Origin: a virus
Lineage: Duplodnaviria; Caudoviricetes
Direction: 5' to 3' (one strand)
IMG/VR virus record: IMGVR_UViG_3300020112_001004
Span: 48,403 to 112,402 of that record
DNA: 64,000 nt
The translations under genes were made by a program, and so were the position numbers. Of the stretch, positions 9,060 to 19,825 are shown piece by piece (the first letter of the stretch is position 1; each line of letters opens with the position of its first letter). The notes beneath the pieces are model-generated. The model was not told where the DNA came from. It saw only the letters and a list, made by a program, of their open reading frames with translations, and did no database searches.

Positions 9060-10508
9060 TTACCCTAGCTCTACAAGTGTATTTTCTTCTATTAGCCACT
9101 TACCATTAAAGCTTATAAGCTTAATGTTTTTATATCCAGCTTCTGCTATGGCTATATCTCTTAATAAAGTTCCTCCCTCTGTTTTTAATGATAGTGTTAT
9201 ATTAGGCGCAGTTGTGTGTAAAACAAGATTTATAACTCTAGAATCATCTATAGAAGGTACTACTATGGAGGTGTTAGCCCCTAGGCTGTCTACAAATTGA
9301 CTGCCCTCTCCAGATACACGCACCACATTATTCCTTATACTTAATTGTTTATTGTTAGGTTTATTTTTTAGAAGTTCCTCGTTTATACTAGCAACTATCA
9401 TATTACAGCCAGTAGGGTTTGGATTGTATCTTGAGTAAATAGGGTAGTTTCTTCCATTGTATACACGAGTTCTACCAGTTGGAGTTTTAGCGTCGGGGCT
9501 ATCGAAGTCATAGTCTCCTTCGCAAGGGAAAAACATAACAAGACAAGGTTTGTTTACGCATCTGCAAACATATGGACATGATTCGTCGGGATATATTGTA
9601 AATTTTTTATTTTGGGTATAATCAAACCACCAAACGTCTCCATCAATATTACCACGACTGCAATAGATATAGTTGGAAGCAAAATCATTGGATTTATCTG
9701 CTCCAAATTCGTTTATTAACGCCAATCTAGTGTTATTGTAGGTAGAATCAGACACTTTTATAACTTGGTATTGGTGTAACATACAATCTTTGAAAAGAAA
9801 AAGATATTTTAAATTACCCTCTTCGTTTAAATATATTGATTTTACACATGTCTTAATTTGTTCAGCGTCCCACCTGTTTATGATTACTCCATCTTTATAT
9901 AGCATCGGTCTAAGAATATTAAAATCTAAACTTAAAGTTTTTTTAACCCCTGTTATAGAATAATAGTTCACATTTAAAACAGTTCCAGTAAAACTGGTAT
10001 CGTCTATTTTTTCTATGAGATGCTTGTTTATATAATCACATTTTTTAGTAACAGTTATTTCCCTTATAGTAGAAAAACTTCCGTCTGCCTCTGTAACCAA
10101 AACGGTTGTAGAGTTTTTTTGGAAGAAAAGTATTTCTTCTTCTTCATCTATACCAATTAAGTCTCCTCCAGTAAAATTAATTTGCTGAGCTAAGTTGGTT
10201 TTTTGATTAATAACGATAGCCTTTCCAGTACTTAAAAAAAGAAAGATTTTATTTTTAAAAACAACAACACGTTTACTAAGTGGGTCTCCAGAACCAATGT
10301 TTTCAACATACCCGTCTTTTGCAAAAACAGTTAAAGGAAGGTTTGTTATTACACTAGTTTTGTAATTCACGTCTTTTTTCAAGGTTGGGGAACACGCCCC
10401 AGCCTTATTTGTCAAATCTGGGGTATTTTTTGAATCAAAAATTAAAGTATTCGTTTTTAATTTTAATTCTCCTAGTTCTTTTTTTACCTCTCTTATTTCT
10501 TGTTCCAT
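9060..10508 (-). CDS. Hypothetical protein, probably tail-associated
   Basis: Last gene of tail module; beta-rich; C-terminal segment resembles a segment of 10692..12653. Confidence 0.7.
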   Translation of the reverse strand: MEQEIREVKKELGELKLKTNTLIFDSKNTPDLTNKAGACSPTLKKDVNYKTSVITNLPLTVFAKDGYVENIGSGDPLSKRVVVFKNKIFLFLSTGKAIVINQKTNLAQQINFTGGDLIGIDEEEEILFFQKNSTTVLVTEADGSFSTIREITVTKKCDYINKHLIEKIDDTSFTGTVLNVNYYSITGVKKTLSLDFNILRPMLYKDGVIINRWDAEQIKTCVKSIYLNEEGNLKYLFLFKDCMLHQYQVIKVSDSTYNNTRLALINEFGADKSNDFASNYIYCSRGNIDGDVWWFDYTQNKKFTIYPDESCPYVCRCVNKPCLVMFFPCEGDYDFDSPDAKTPTGRTRVYNGRNYPIYSRYNPNPTGCNMIVASINEELLKNKPNNKQLSIRNNVVRVSGEGSQFVDSLGANTSIVVPSIDDSRVINLVLHTTAPNITLSLKTEGGTLLRDIAIAEAGYKNIKLISFNGKWLIEENTLVELG

Positions 10509-10705
10509 ACTCTTCCTCCTCTTATGTTGCCAAGGAAATATTGAACTACATAATATTCAACATTCTCCTCAGTAACTTTTTCCATTTCTTCCCCTCTTAA
10601 TACTATCACATGAGATGTTGCTTCAATTAAGGTGTCTCCAGTAAAAACAATTATTTCATTCATTTCTCTTAATATTTTTATTTTAATTATTTTATCTAAT
10701 GACAT
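10493..10705 (-). CDS. Small hypothetical protein
   Basis: Overlaps both neighbours (coupled arrangement). Confidence 0.6.
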   Translation of the reverse strand: MSLDKIIKIKILREMNEIIVFTGDTLIEATSHVIVLRGEEMEKVTEENVEYYVVQYFLGNIRGGRVWNKK

Positions 10706-12653
10706 TAGGTAACTTTACCTCCAATTCTTCAACATTGTTAATTTCTTCCCTATAGTGTAGGAAACGAATAGCACCATATCCTTCTTGAGTAGGTGTTAGA
10801 TTGGAATCTGGACAATCAGTCCTGTGTTTTAGAAAATCTATCAACTCGAAAACATTAGGTGTTTTTCCATATTTTTTCTTATATAAATTACTACCTATCA
10901 TTAAGCATCCTGTTACTGTTGGGGCTGAGCAACTTGTTCCAGAAAATTCGTCATAAGACCAGTGTTCACTATCTGGCATACCATTTCTTGTAAAAATTGA
11001 TGAGTAACCTAAAAAACACAAGCCCCTTGCTCCAGTAGAAACTGAATAGTAAACCATATCATCTTCGTTTTTAGAATATCCATAATAATACTCGCTTCCA
11101 TTGCCTCTTGGGTCATAGTATTCATTACTCCATATATCATGCCTGTCTGTTACTCCTCCTGCACCTATAATTCCATTGGCAAAATAAGGCATTCTAATAG
11201 CTGGAGCCCCGTATTCTGTTTCACAGTCCATAGATTCGTTTCCAGATGAGTTTACAAAGACTCCTCCGGCTGTAATGTATTTTCCAAAAGCAGACATAGA
11301 GGGTATATATTCCTCATGGTCAGAAAGATAGACCGTTCCCCCACCATAGCTCCTATTAACAAACATACAATTCTCTTTTAGCGCTAGTTCACACACTTTA
11401 GAAAACTCGTTGTTGGATGAACTGTCTACCCCTCCTATTTTAATCCATACAAATTCAGCTTTTGGAACTGCTCCATAAGTGCACTCTTTACCAGTCCCCA
11501 ACAGAATATGGCTAACTTGAAATCCATGATTATTTTTCCACTCTTTCATTGGTGTCATATCATTTTGCTTACTTATATCGTTGTTTATATTATAGGTTGC
11601 GACAAGTTTGTCATAATCAATATCTGGGAACTCGTCTCTTCTTGATATATCAGCAAACCCAGAGTCTGCTATGGCAACTCTTAAGCCTTCTCCATATTCG
11701 GCGCTTTCCCACACGTCTTGAACCTCATGATACCAAATATTACCGTCTAGGTGTTTATAAGCCTTTTCATCATAAATAAGTGGAGAACCAAAATACCAAT
11801 CTTTCTTAATAAATTCTAGTTCTATCTCTTTTCTAACATCTTGATTATCTAATACAACACTTCCCCAAGCTCCACCGTTTCTGTCTTTAAGATGTTTACA
11901 CATTCTTAGCAATGAATTTTTATTAGAAGAAAGAGGACAATTTAATAAATGCACTCTTTGTAAGTTATCACAGTCAACAAAAATTAAATCATTTAGTTGA
12001 GTTTCTGTTTTATTTACAAACTTAGTTAGTTGAGAACCTTTTACAATCATCCCTGTGATAGAAGCGTTAGTATTCTCAAATTCTCCTGTTATATCAGCCA
12101 CTTTAGAAATGGAGGCGTTTTCTATTTCATACACCCCGTTTTCTAAAGAGGATAGGTTTATGCTCTCTATAAATTCTAAGGATGGCTCTGCTTCGTCCTC
12201 CTCAGTAGAACCTTCTGGAGAATAATCTATTAATTCTGCGTTAAATTCTCCATTAATTTTAACTATTTTTAGAGCATGTTGTTTATCACAACCAAGCTCT
12301 ATTTCATCAGTAATATCTCCCTCTTTTAGGGTTACTACATTCCCTTTTTGACCTTTAATATATAGTTTTGCTTCCCAGTAGTCTTTTTCTATAGTTGGTA
12401 AATTAATTGTGATATTCTCAGTAATAACAAGTGATTGTAAGGAAGAAGTGGTTAAATTTACCTCTCCATTTTCTGGTGATAGAACTACTAGCCCTTCTTG
12501 AGAATCTGAAGATAATTCTACCCATTCAGCGCCATTCCAAAAAGATACTATATTTTTTTCTGTATCAAAATATTCATATCCTGTATCGTTTGCTGTTAAA
12601 TTATCTGGTCTATTTGCTGTATTACCTATATATCTATACTTGGTTTTTTTCAT
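10692..12653 (-). CDS. Subtilisin-like (S8) serine protease with tail-fibre-type N-terminal domain
   Basis: VAIADSG (Asp), NHG (His), SSGN, SGTSCSAP (Ser); N-terminus shared with 12771..15014. Confidence 0.85.
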   Translation of the reverse strand: MKKTKYRYIGNTANRPDNLTANDTGYEYFDTEKNIVSFWNGAEWVELSSDSQEGLVVLSPENGEVNLTTSSLQSLVITENITINLPTIEKDYWEAKLYIKGQKGNVVTLKEGDITDEIELGCDKQHALKIVKINGEFNAELIDYSPEGSTEEDEAEPSLEFIESINLSSLENGVYEIENASISKVADITGEFENTNASITGMIVKGSQLTKFVNKTETQLNDLIFVDCDNLQRVHLLNCPLSSNKNSLLRMCKHLKDRNGGAWGSVVLDNQDVRKEIELEFIKKDWYFGSPLIYDEKAYKHLDGNIWYHEVQDVWESAEYGEGLRVAIADSGFADISRRDEFPDIDYDKLVATYNINNDISKQNDMTPMKEWKNNHGFQVSHILLGTGKECTYGAVPKAEFVWIKIGGVDSSSNNEFSKVCELALKENCMFVNRSYGGGTVYLSDHEEYIPSMSAFGKYITAGGVFVNSSGNESMDCETEYGAPAIRMPYFANGIIGAGGVTDRHDIWSNEYYDPRGNGSEYYYGYSKNEDDMVYYSVSTGARGLCFLGYSSIFTRNGMPDSEHWSYDEFSGTSCSAPTVTGCLMIGSNLYKKKYGKTPNVFELIDFLKHRTDCPDSNLTPTQEGYGAIRFLHYREEINNVEELEVKLPNVIR

Positions 12654-12770
12654 TATAAATTCCTCCTATTTTAATTTAATGCAATTCATGTATTTTGTTC
12701 ATTCTGATTTTTTTATGGATATAGAGGGGTAGATATAAATGAATAATTTAATATCAACCCCTTGTGATTA

Positions 12771-15014
12771 CTACTCTTCTGTTATATAGTTGCAATCTTC
12801 TATTGTTATATTTGATAAATTATAATCAAATGGTGGAATATTTATCAAGTCACAATCTATAAATTCAAATTGCATATTTCTGTTTTCTTCTTTACTCATA
12901 TCTGTGCGTGTAAAACCAAATTTTCCATTAGGTTTTGTCTTAAGTGTGCAATTTATGAAACAGATTTTAGCTTTCTCATTGTTGGTTACTCTAAATAGAT
13001 TGCCTTCAATAGTATTTATTAAGCAACAATTCTTATAGGTGACATCATTATATGCCATAAAGTTATACATACCATATACATGAGCGTTTTGATGTTGTTT
13101 AAATTCGCAATTATCAAACAATATCTTAGCAACATTTCCTTCCTTAAGACCACTAATTGCAAACGATGGGTTCACTCCATCTCCTATGGTGCAATTTAAG
13201 AATTTTGCGTCACTATTTTTTTGATAAGCAAGTTGGTAACGAGAGAAGTATGAATCCTCAACAATTACTTTTTCTTCGAAGCAAAGAGTAGCATCAATGC
13301 TAGAATTTTTTATTGTGGAATTAAATACGTTTAATTGTTCGGCTGAAGAAGTTATTGTCCCTCCCAGAATAAAATTAAAATTATCCACTGTGCAGTTTCT
13401 TAATCTAAGAGCAAAATTATGAATAGGCTTAATTTCTTGTTTTATAGTAAAATCTCTCACTAGCGCTCCATCTATTGTTAAAGCTTTTGCGTTCTTAACT
13501 CTAATATGGCTTCCAACCAAATTTCCGTTAAGCCTAACCTCATCGCTATCCTCTACGTTTAAATTTTTTACACTAACACACTGAGGCTTATACGCTTCAG
13601 CTTCTGTGGTGCCTGTTAATAAAACAGTCGACCTAAATACTTGATTGTTTTCTATGACAGCTCCACTGGTTGCATTTACAGTCATTGCTATTCCCATATC
13701 TTCAAAGTGATTATTGGAAACTATATGCCCACATCCATCATAACAAATAACTCCGTATGGACAGTCTTTGAAAAAATTCCCCTCGATTATTATACTACGA
13801 GTGGTATGACCTCCATCTTCTATATCTACACAAGCTTGGGGAGCAGTTCCACGAATATTGTACACCGATGAGTTTCTTAATCCACAAGAAATACCCCCTC
13901 CAACAGAGACACCTTGTCTTCTGCAATTATAAATCTCGCATTGTTCAATAAATGAATTTTCTGCGCTACGCCCTATTCTAAACATAAAAGTTAAATCTTG
14001 TTCCACTTCTTCGTGGTCAATATAAACTCTGAAAGATTTTGCACCCTCTGGAATATCACTAGGGTCTGAAAAATAAGACTTTATTGTTTTTATAAAATTT
14101 TCTTCTTCGTCGTAAAACGCTATATAAATGAGTTTTTTAGTAACCCTATATAGAGCACCATAACCATAGGGGTTGCCAGAGTATACATAAAGTTTTTCTT
14201 TTAGTGATAAGCCAATTTTTCTATCTTCTTCATTTAATAAAGAGTCTAGCGATATCTTGTTTGTTAGTCTATATCCGACTCCTTCTGCGTTTGCTCCATT
14301 GCTGTCTATCACTCCATTTTCGCAAGTTTGATTTAAAACATAGTTTGAGGAATAATATGATAAAACACTTCCCATATAGCTCCCATCGCCAGTAAACCCG
14401 TGTATTTTCAAATTCTTACACAAACATCTTCTACTTCCTCTAAAAAGTACCCCGTGTCCATGTTCGTGAGTCTCACTAATAGAAGCGTCATAGTCGTGAT
14501 TATCTCTATCACCAATTAATTCTCCATTTTTTACCATTGTATCTTCGCATAATAATAAGTCTAAAATTCTATACCCAGCATAATTATTGGGTTTTATTTT
14601 TATTATAGCGCCATTTAAATCGTATTCGGTACTTGAGTGTAACATAAGAATAGAAGGGTGGTTGTTCTTACCTTGAGATGAAACAACACCGTCTAATTCA
14701 TCTATAACTTCTATTTCTGTATTCTTAGGGAAAGTCACTCTTCTATATCCTAATTCATAAGCTTCGTCAAACTGTTGTTGAATAGATTTAGTCAATTCCA
14801 CCGAAGATAAAGAATCATCTATTTTTATTATATATTCTAATTCTTCCCCAGAGCCTTCTTGAGACTCTGGTGATAACTCTATCCATTCAGTACCATTCCA
14901 GAAAGATACGATGTTTTTTTCTATATCAAAATATTCATATCCTGTGTCTGCCATCGTTAAATTGTCTGGTCTATTGTTTGTTTTACCACTGTATTTATAT
15001 TTACTTCTAAACAT
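12771..15014 (-). CDS. Right-handed beta-helix (pectate-lyase-like) tailspike/depolymerase
   Basis: LIGDRDNH, HEHGHG, GDG, CRRQGVSV, GTAPQACVDIE and parallel beta-helix periodicity; located in tail module. Confidence 0.8.
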   Translation of the reverse strand: MFRSKYKYSGKTNNRPDNLTMADTGYEYFDIEKNIVSFWNGTEWIELSPESQEGSGEELEYIIKIDDSLSSVELTKSIQQQFDEAYELGYRRVTFPKNTEIEVIDELDGVVSSQGKNNHPSILMLHSSTEYDLNGAIIKIKPNNYAGYRILDLLLCEDTMVKNGELIGDRDNHDYDASISETHEHGHGVLFRGSRRCLCKNLKIHGFTGDGSYMGSVLSYYSSNYVLNQTCENGVIDSNGANAEGVGYRLTNKISLDSLLNEEDRKIGLSLKEKLYVYSGNPYGYGALYRVTKKLIYIAFYDEEENFIKTIKSYFSDPSDIPEGAKSFRVYIDHEEVEQDLTFMFRIGRSAENSFIEQCEIYNCRRQGVSVGGGISCGLRNSSVYNIRGTAPQACVDIEDGGHTTRSIIIEGNFFKDCPYGVICYDGCGHIVSNNHFEDMGIAMTVNATSGAVIENNQVFRSTVLLTGTTEAEAYKPQCVSVKNLNVEDSDEVRLNGNLVGSHIRVKNAKALTIDGALVRDFTIKQEIKPIHNFALRLRNCTVDNFNFILGGTITSSAEQLNVFNSTIKNSSIDATLCFEEKVIVEDSYFSRYQLAYQKNSDAKFLNCTIGDGVNPSFAISGLKEGNVAKILFDNCEFKQHQNAHVYGMYNFMAYNDVTYKNCCLINTIEGNLFRVTNNEKAKICFINCTLKTKPNGKFGFTRTDMSKEENRNMQFEFIDCDLINIPPFDYNLSNITIEDCNYITEE

Positions 15015-15029
15015 TATAATCCTCCTCTA

Positions 15030-18008
15030 CTATTCTTCAGCGATAACTATTGAATCTATCAAAATATTATCTAAATTGTAATCTGGCGCTTTAAGATTTA
15101 TTAGTTTACAGTCTATAAGTTCAAATTTTTTGCAAGTAGCCCCTTCGTTTGAAAAAATTTTGCAGGCGTTATTTTTACCAATAAGTTCACAACCATGAAA
15201 AGCAACGCTAGGAGTTTCATTATCTGCTACACGGAATAAATAACCATCCACCCTATCTATTATTCGACAATTTTCATAGGTTGCGTCAACGTTGGAAGCT
15301 AGTAGTCCAATCCCATAGACAGAAGGGGTTTGTTGTTCTAGTACAGAGTTTTTAATTATAAGGTTTAAACTGCCCCCAGTTGGCATTCCAAAACCTATTG
15401 AATCGAATTTCATATTGTCTAGTTCCAAATCAAAGGCTTGAGATTCATAAATAACACATATCTTTTTTATATACCCATCGGAAATTTTAGAATTAGCCAA
15501 TCTAATCTCTGAATTTACGGTTACTTGTTTCAATACACTATTTTTTATATTTAAAATTTTATTGTTTGGGTTTAGTAATTCAAAATGATTCAATTCCACA
15601 TTGTCCCAATATCCATATCCTATTTTGTTTATCTTAAAATTAGATAATGTACTATTGTTTATTGTCACAACGTTTCCGTTTTCTAAAAGTATTTTATCCC
15701 CATGAGAATTCCCTCCTATTGATAAGTTACAAGGCACTTCTTCTCCGGATATAGTTAGGTTTGTTATATTACTGTTTGTAAATGAGGCGTTTTTAACATT
15801 ATGCAATACAATCCCTTGTATATCTTTATTATTAACTTGTATTTCATCACAATCCTTACAATATACTCCAGAGACAGTTCCAATCCCTTTTAAGCGTACG
15901 TTTCCTACCATATAACAAGTTAAATTGTTTACATATACATTTTGAGGATTGTAAAGAGGAGAGTTAATTTCAGTGTCTAAAACAACCTGCGAACTTCTTT
16001 CTACTGTACAATTTTGCACAGTGGCATTAACCCCAGCGTATATGGATATTGCATGCCATTCTATTCCACTAATCCTACAATTCTCCATAATATGTCCTCT
16101 ACCGTCATAGAAAATAACTCCAAATTTTGAATCTTCAAAATTGTTATTTAACAACACAACTCCTCTTGTTAAATGCCCAGCGTCCTCGATATCTACACAG
16201 GCTTGTGGAGGTGTACCTTGTATATTTCTAATTGTTGAGTCTACTACTCCACTGACATACGCTCCTCCGATTGACACTCCTTGTCTTCTGCAAGACTCTA
16301 TAAGGCAGTTTTTTATATATGAATTTTTACTAACCCTAACAACTCTGCTCATTAAAATAAGTTGCGAAGAGTCAACACTTAGTAAATCAGCGTTAGGGAA
16401 ATGAAGTTTAAAATAACGTCCTCCTTCTGGTATTTGTAAAGGTGTGCACACCTCTCCTTTTGTGTAGGATATAAAACTTTTATCTTCATCATACCAAAAA
16501 ATATTAGCCTCTTGATTTGAAAATACCCCACCAGCGCCAACACCAGTTGAGTTAGCTGGTACTAAAGTTATCCCATCTTTCAATGAGAAACCTGCTTGTT
16601 TATCTTCCTCATTTAGTAAATCTAACAAATCATAATATCTATTACTTCTAGTCTCTTCTTCGCTATCTTCCGGTTCTCCTGTCTCAGTGTTTATTTTCCC
16701 AACTTCTACATACTCCCTCCAAAGCATTCCCTTGCCTTCGTAATGACCTACACCAATGCCTATATATGCACCGTCACCAGTTCCTAGTTTCAAGTGGCAA
16801 TTCATTATTAAGCAGTTTTCACACCCAGACATTTGAACACATGTTCCCCACTCATGGGAGGCAAAGTTTCCATTTGTGTAATTAGTATAAATATGTTCTT
16901 CTTTATCTCCTACTATTGTTCCGTTTTTTAATATAGTATTGGTTAGATTATTCATACTAATGATGGTATATCCGGCATAGTTATTATCTTTTATTTTTAT
17001 AACACTATCGTTTAAATCATATGTGGTGTTATTACTTAGCCTTAACATGGGTTTATCCAAAAACCCTTGAGAAGGGGCGCACACCCCGTCTAATTCGTCT
17101 ATAACTTCTATTTCTGTATTCTTAGGGAAAGTTACTCTTCTATATCCTAACTCATAAGCTTCATCAAATTGTTGTTGAATAGATTTGGTTAAATTTACTG
17201 AGGATAAAGAACTATCTATTTTTATTATATATTCTAATTTCTCTTCGTTGATTAATACTTTAGTTGCTTCAATGACAGTATCTTCAACCAAAGATTTGCC
17301 ATCAACTTTATCTACTTTGTCTGCTAACTCGGTTTTCTTAGCGTAAGAGGTTAAATCCACCTCTCCTCCTAAAGTGGCATTAGCTATTTTAGAATCCACC
17401 TCTGAACCAGTAATAAAATCGGAGTCGTTTGTTAATTGTGAAGTTTTTGTAGGTATATTTAATTGAGATAATGAAGTATCAACAATAGATTGGACAACCT
17501 CTTCATTTACAGCACCAGCGTTAGCTATTTTAGTATCAACTTCAGTGCCAGTTACAAAACCAGAGTCATTTGTTAATTGAGAAGTTTTTGTTGGTATATT
17601 TAATTGAGACAAAGATTCGTTAACAATTAATTGAACAGCTTCTTCATCTACAGTACCACTTATTTCTTTTTCCTCTAAAACTCCCTCTACTATTGTTTTT
17701 ATTTCTTCTTCGGTGTAGTGTTTTTTAGCATTGACAGCATTGTCTACATAGGTCTTGTTTGCTAAATTTAAATCGTTTTGTAATTCAGATATTTTAGTAG
17801 GAATATCTAAAGCTTCTAATAAAGCTTGTACTTCCTCTTCGGTTAAAAAATTTTTTATGGCATTTGATATTTGAGTAGATACTTCTGATTTCTTAGCATA
17901 AGTGCTTAAGTCCAACCCATCAGTTTGGATTTTAGCAACTTCTGCAACTATAAGTTCAATTACTTGAGCTTTTGAGATACCATTATTGCCTTTATATCCT
18001 TTATTCAT
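15030..18008 (-). CDS. Tail fibre/spike with IPTKTSQLTNDS repeats and beta-helix domain
   Basis: Fibre repeats IPTK(T/I)S(Q/E)LxND and DKVDKVDGKSL; beta-helix paralogous to 12771..15014. Confidence 0.82.
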   Translation of the reverse strand: MNKGYKGNNGISKAQVIELIVAEVAKIQTDGLDLSTYAKKSEVSTQISNAIKNFLTEEEVQALLEALDIPTKISELQNDLNLANKTYVDNAVNAKKHYTEEEIKTIVEGVLEEKEISGTVDEEAVQLIVNESLSQLNIPTKTSQLTNDSGFVTGTEVDTKIANAGAVNEEVVQSIVDTSLSQLNIPTKTSQLTNDSDFITGSEVDSKIANATLGGEVDLTSYAKKTELADKVDKVDGKSLVEDTVIEATKVLINEEKLEYIIKIDSSLSSVNLTKSIQQQFDEAYELGYRRVTFPKNTEIEVIDELDGVCAPSQGFLDKPMLRLSNNTTYDLNDSVIKIKDNNYAGYTIISMNNLTNTILKNGTIVGDKEEHIYTNYTNGNFASHEWGTCVQMSGCENCLIMNCHLKLGTGDGAYIGIGVGHYEGKGMLWREYVEVGKINTETGEPEDSEEETRSNRYYDLLDLLNEEDKQAGFSLKDGITLVPANSTGVGAGGVFSNQEANIFWYDEDKSFISYTKGEVCTPLQIPEGGRYFKLHFPNADLLSVDSSQLILMSRVVRVSKNSYIKNCLIESCRRQGVSIGGAYVSGVVDSTIRNIQGTPPQACVDIEDAGHLTRGVVLLNNNFEDSKFGVIFYDGRGHIMENCRISGIEWHAISIYAGVNATVQNCTVERSSQVVLDTEINSPLYNPQNVYVNNLTCYMVGNVRLKGIGTVSGVYCKDCDEIQVNNKDIQGIVLHNVKNASFTNSNITNLTISGEEVPCNLSIGGNSHGDKILLENGNVVTINNSTLSNFKINKIGYGYWDNVELNHFELLNPNNKILNIKNSVLKQVTVNSEIRLANSKISDGYIKKICVIYESQAFDLELDNMKFDSIGFGMPTGGSLNLIIKNSVLEQQTPSVYGIGLLASNVDATYENCRIIDRVDGYLFRVADNETPSVAFHGCELIGKNNACKIFSNEGATCKKFELIDCKLINLKAPDYNLDNILIDSIVIAEE

Positions 18009-18037
18009 CTAAATTGTTTCCTCCTTTTTATACTATC

Positions 18038-18313
18038 TTATAATCCTATTCTTCCCTCAACTACTACGCCTTGAGTTAAGAATTTTAATTCTGTGATTGC
18101 TGGACTGTCGAAGTCTAAACATAAATCAAAGTCTGAACTCATCCAACCAGTTAAACCATTTTCAATGTATTCACAATCTTCAGAAACGTGTAAAGTTAGT
18201 TTAATTATTTTTATATTGCTCCAAGTTGGTAATTGTTCTTTTAACATTGCTATTACGTCATATCCCTCGGCTGGAACTGTAAATTTAACATTTAATTCTT
18301 TAGTTGTTTTCAT
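18038..18313 (-). CDS. Hypothetical protein
   Basis: RBS aggag; overlaps upstream stop. Confidence 0.7.
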   Translation of the reverse strand: MKTTKELNVKFTVPAEGYDVIAMLKEQLPTWSNIKIIKLTLHVSEDCEYIENGLTGWMSSDFDLCLDFDSPAITELKFLTQGVVVEGRIGL

Positions 18314-19011
18314 TTTATTATCTCCTTTTCGTTTAATATATATAAATTATTTTTTTGTACCAAACCATTATTATCAAATAAATAGTTCAGCACATTTTCC
18401 TTATTAATAGAAAACCCTTGTTCTTTTAAATCTTCAGCCACATAGGATAAATATCCTGTTACAATAGCACAAGCCATAGAGGTGCCTGTTCTAACCAAGC
18501 TCTCTTGTGCTAAAGTTATACATGATTGTTTCTCTCCAAAAGTGTAGATATCAGCGCTATTGGAAAAAGTGGATTTATTATAATTATCACTTACACTACC
18601 AACACTTAGAGTAGATTCGTAAAACGCTGGGTAGTATTTAGATTTATCATAATTATTACCAGAGGCGCAAATTAATAAAACTTTCCTTGATAACATAGTG
18701 CACATAGCCTCTAGCCTAGAATAGTTTTTAATAGTTCCCATAGAAAAATTAACTATGTCTAAATTGTCAAGTTCAGCCTTTCTAAATCCTCTTAGCAAGT
18801 CATCTATTGACCCACCTTTTTCTTGAAGAACCTTATAGACATAAAGTTCTACATTGGGATTAATATTATATATTTTAGTAGTTACCCATGTGCCATGCCC
18901 ACTTTTATCTTTACTTGTTTCTTCTGTTAAATTTTTTCTTATTACATTATCTTCTGGTATAACCCTAAAATCCAACCCAGAGTCTAATACTCCTATTTTA
19001 ACCTTCATCAT
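18310..19011 (-). CDS. Subtilisin-like (S8) serine protease, catalytic domain only
   Basis: IGVLDSG, GHGT, ASGN, GTSMA; RBS ggaggt favours ATG at 19011. Confidence 0.88.
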   Translation of the reverse strand: MMKVKIGVLDSGLDFRVIPEDNVIRKNLTEETSKDKSGHGTWVTTKIYNINPNVELYVYKVLQEKGGSIDDLLRGFRKAELDNLDIVNFSMGTIKNYSRLEAMCTMLSRKVLLICASGNNYDKSKYYPAFYESTLSVGSVSDNYNKSTFSNSADIYTFGEKQSCITLAQESLVRTGTSMACAIVTGYLSYVAEDLKEQGFSINKENVLNYLFDNNGLVQKNNLYILNEKEIIK

Positions 19012-19070
19012 CCACCTCCCATATATTGAAGGATTACCTGCCAAGCAATCTTGGTGGGTTCCTTCAAGTT

Positions 19071-19298
19071 TTATAAAAATATTGCTAATAATAATAATAA
19101 ATAGTTACTTGTTTCACCACAACTAAAACATTTAAAAAAATTAGAATGAGTAAACAAGTAAAATAGAATAGCTGATTTTATAAAGTACCTTATGAAGCTG
19201 TATATCATGCCTATTAGAAAAGCTAGGTTGCACTTCTTTTGCGCATCTTTTGCTTGAGTTATCAACTCTTTAAAACACTTATCAAGATTATTGGGCAC
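19071..19298 (-). CDS. Small membrane protein in lysis cluster
   Basis: Hydrophobic segments; coupled to upstream gene. Confidence 0.5.
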   Translation of the reverse strand: MPNNLDKCFKELITQAKDAQKKCNLAFLIGMIYSFIRYFIKSAILFYLFTHSNFFKCFSCGETSNYLLLLLAIFL

Positions 19299-19564
19299 TA
19301 TACTATTGTTGGTAAAATTAATCCAATAAGAGTAGTTATGGTGGCTGTTATAATAGCTGTCATAATTATTGCTCCAGTCTTGGATATTAATTTATTCCCT
19401 TTGATTTTTTCTTCTTCGTGCCATGAATTAATTGCGTCAATAGACTCTTTCATACTATTAATGCTAACATTAGAAAGTTTAACCTCCGCTTCTATGGTAT
19501 ACATTCTATGGTTCAACACGTCTATTCTATCCCTAAGATTATCTATTTTTTCCTCGTTACTCAT
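19298..19564 (-). CDS. XhlA/holin-like protein (coiled coil plus C-terminal TM)
   Basis: Coiled-coil N-terminus, C-terminal hydrophobic helix, adjacent to holin. Confidence 0.65.
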   Translation of the reverse strand: MSNEEKIDNLRDRIDVLNHRMYTIEAEVKLSNVSINSMKESIDAINSWHEEEKIKGNKLISKTGAIIMTAIITATITTLIGLILPTIV

Positions 19565-19823
19565 TTGTTTCTCCCTTCAATCTTTTAGTTTCTTTATCTC
19601 CATCTTTTAATCCTTTTGAAGTAGGGTCTACTAAGGCTGATATGCAAGTTAACGCAAGACATATAACTTTAGAGGGAGAAGAGAATATAAACCCTAATCC
19701 AATAAATAATTCTTTCCAACTGTTTAATGCTCCTATATCTAATCCAGTAGCTAGTAGCACAGCAGATATCAACCCTATATACATATAAATGTTTGTTAAT
19801 CTAGTTTTCCATTTGCTATTCAT
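19557..19823 (-). CDS. Holin (phi LC3-like)
   Basis: WKTRLTN start, TM helices, LVDPTSKGLKD motif. Confidence 0.8.
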   Translation of the reverse strand: MNSKWKTRLTNIYMYIGLISAVLLATGLDIGALNSWKELFIGLGFIFSSPSKVICLALTCISALVDPTSKGLKDGDKETKRLKGETNE

Positions 19824-19825
19824 TA

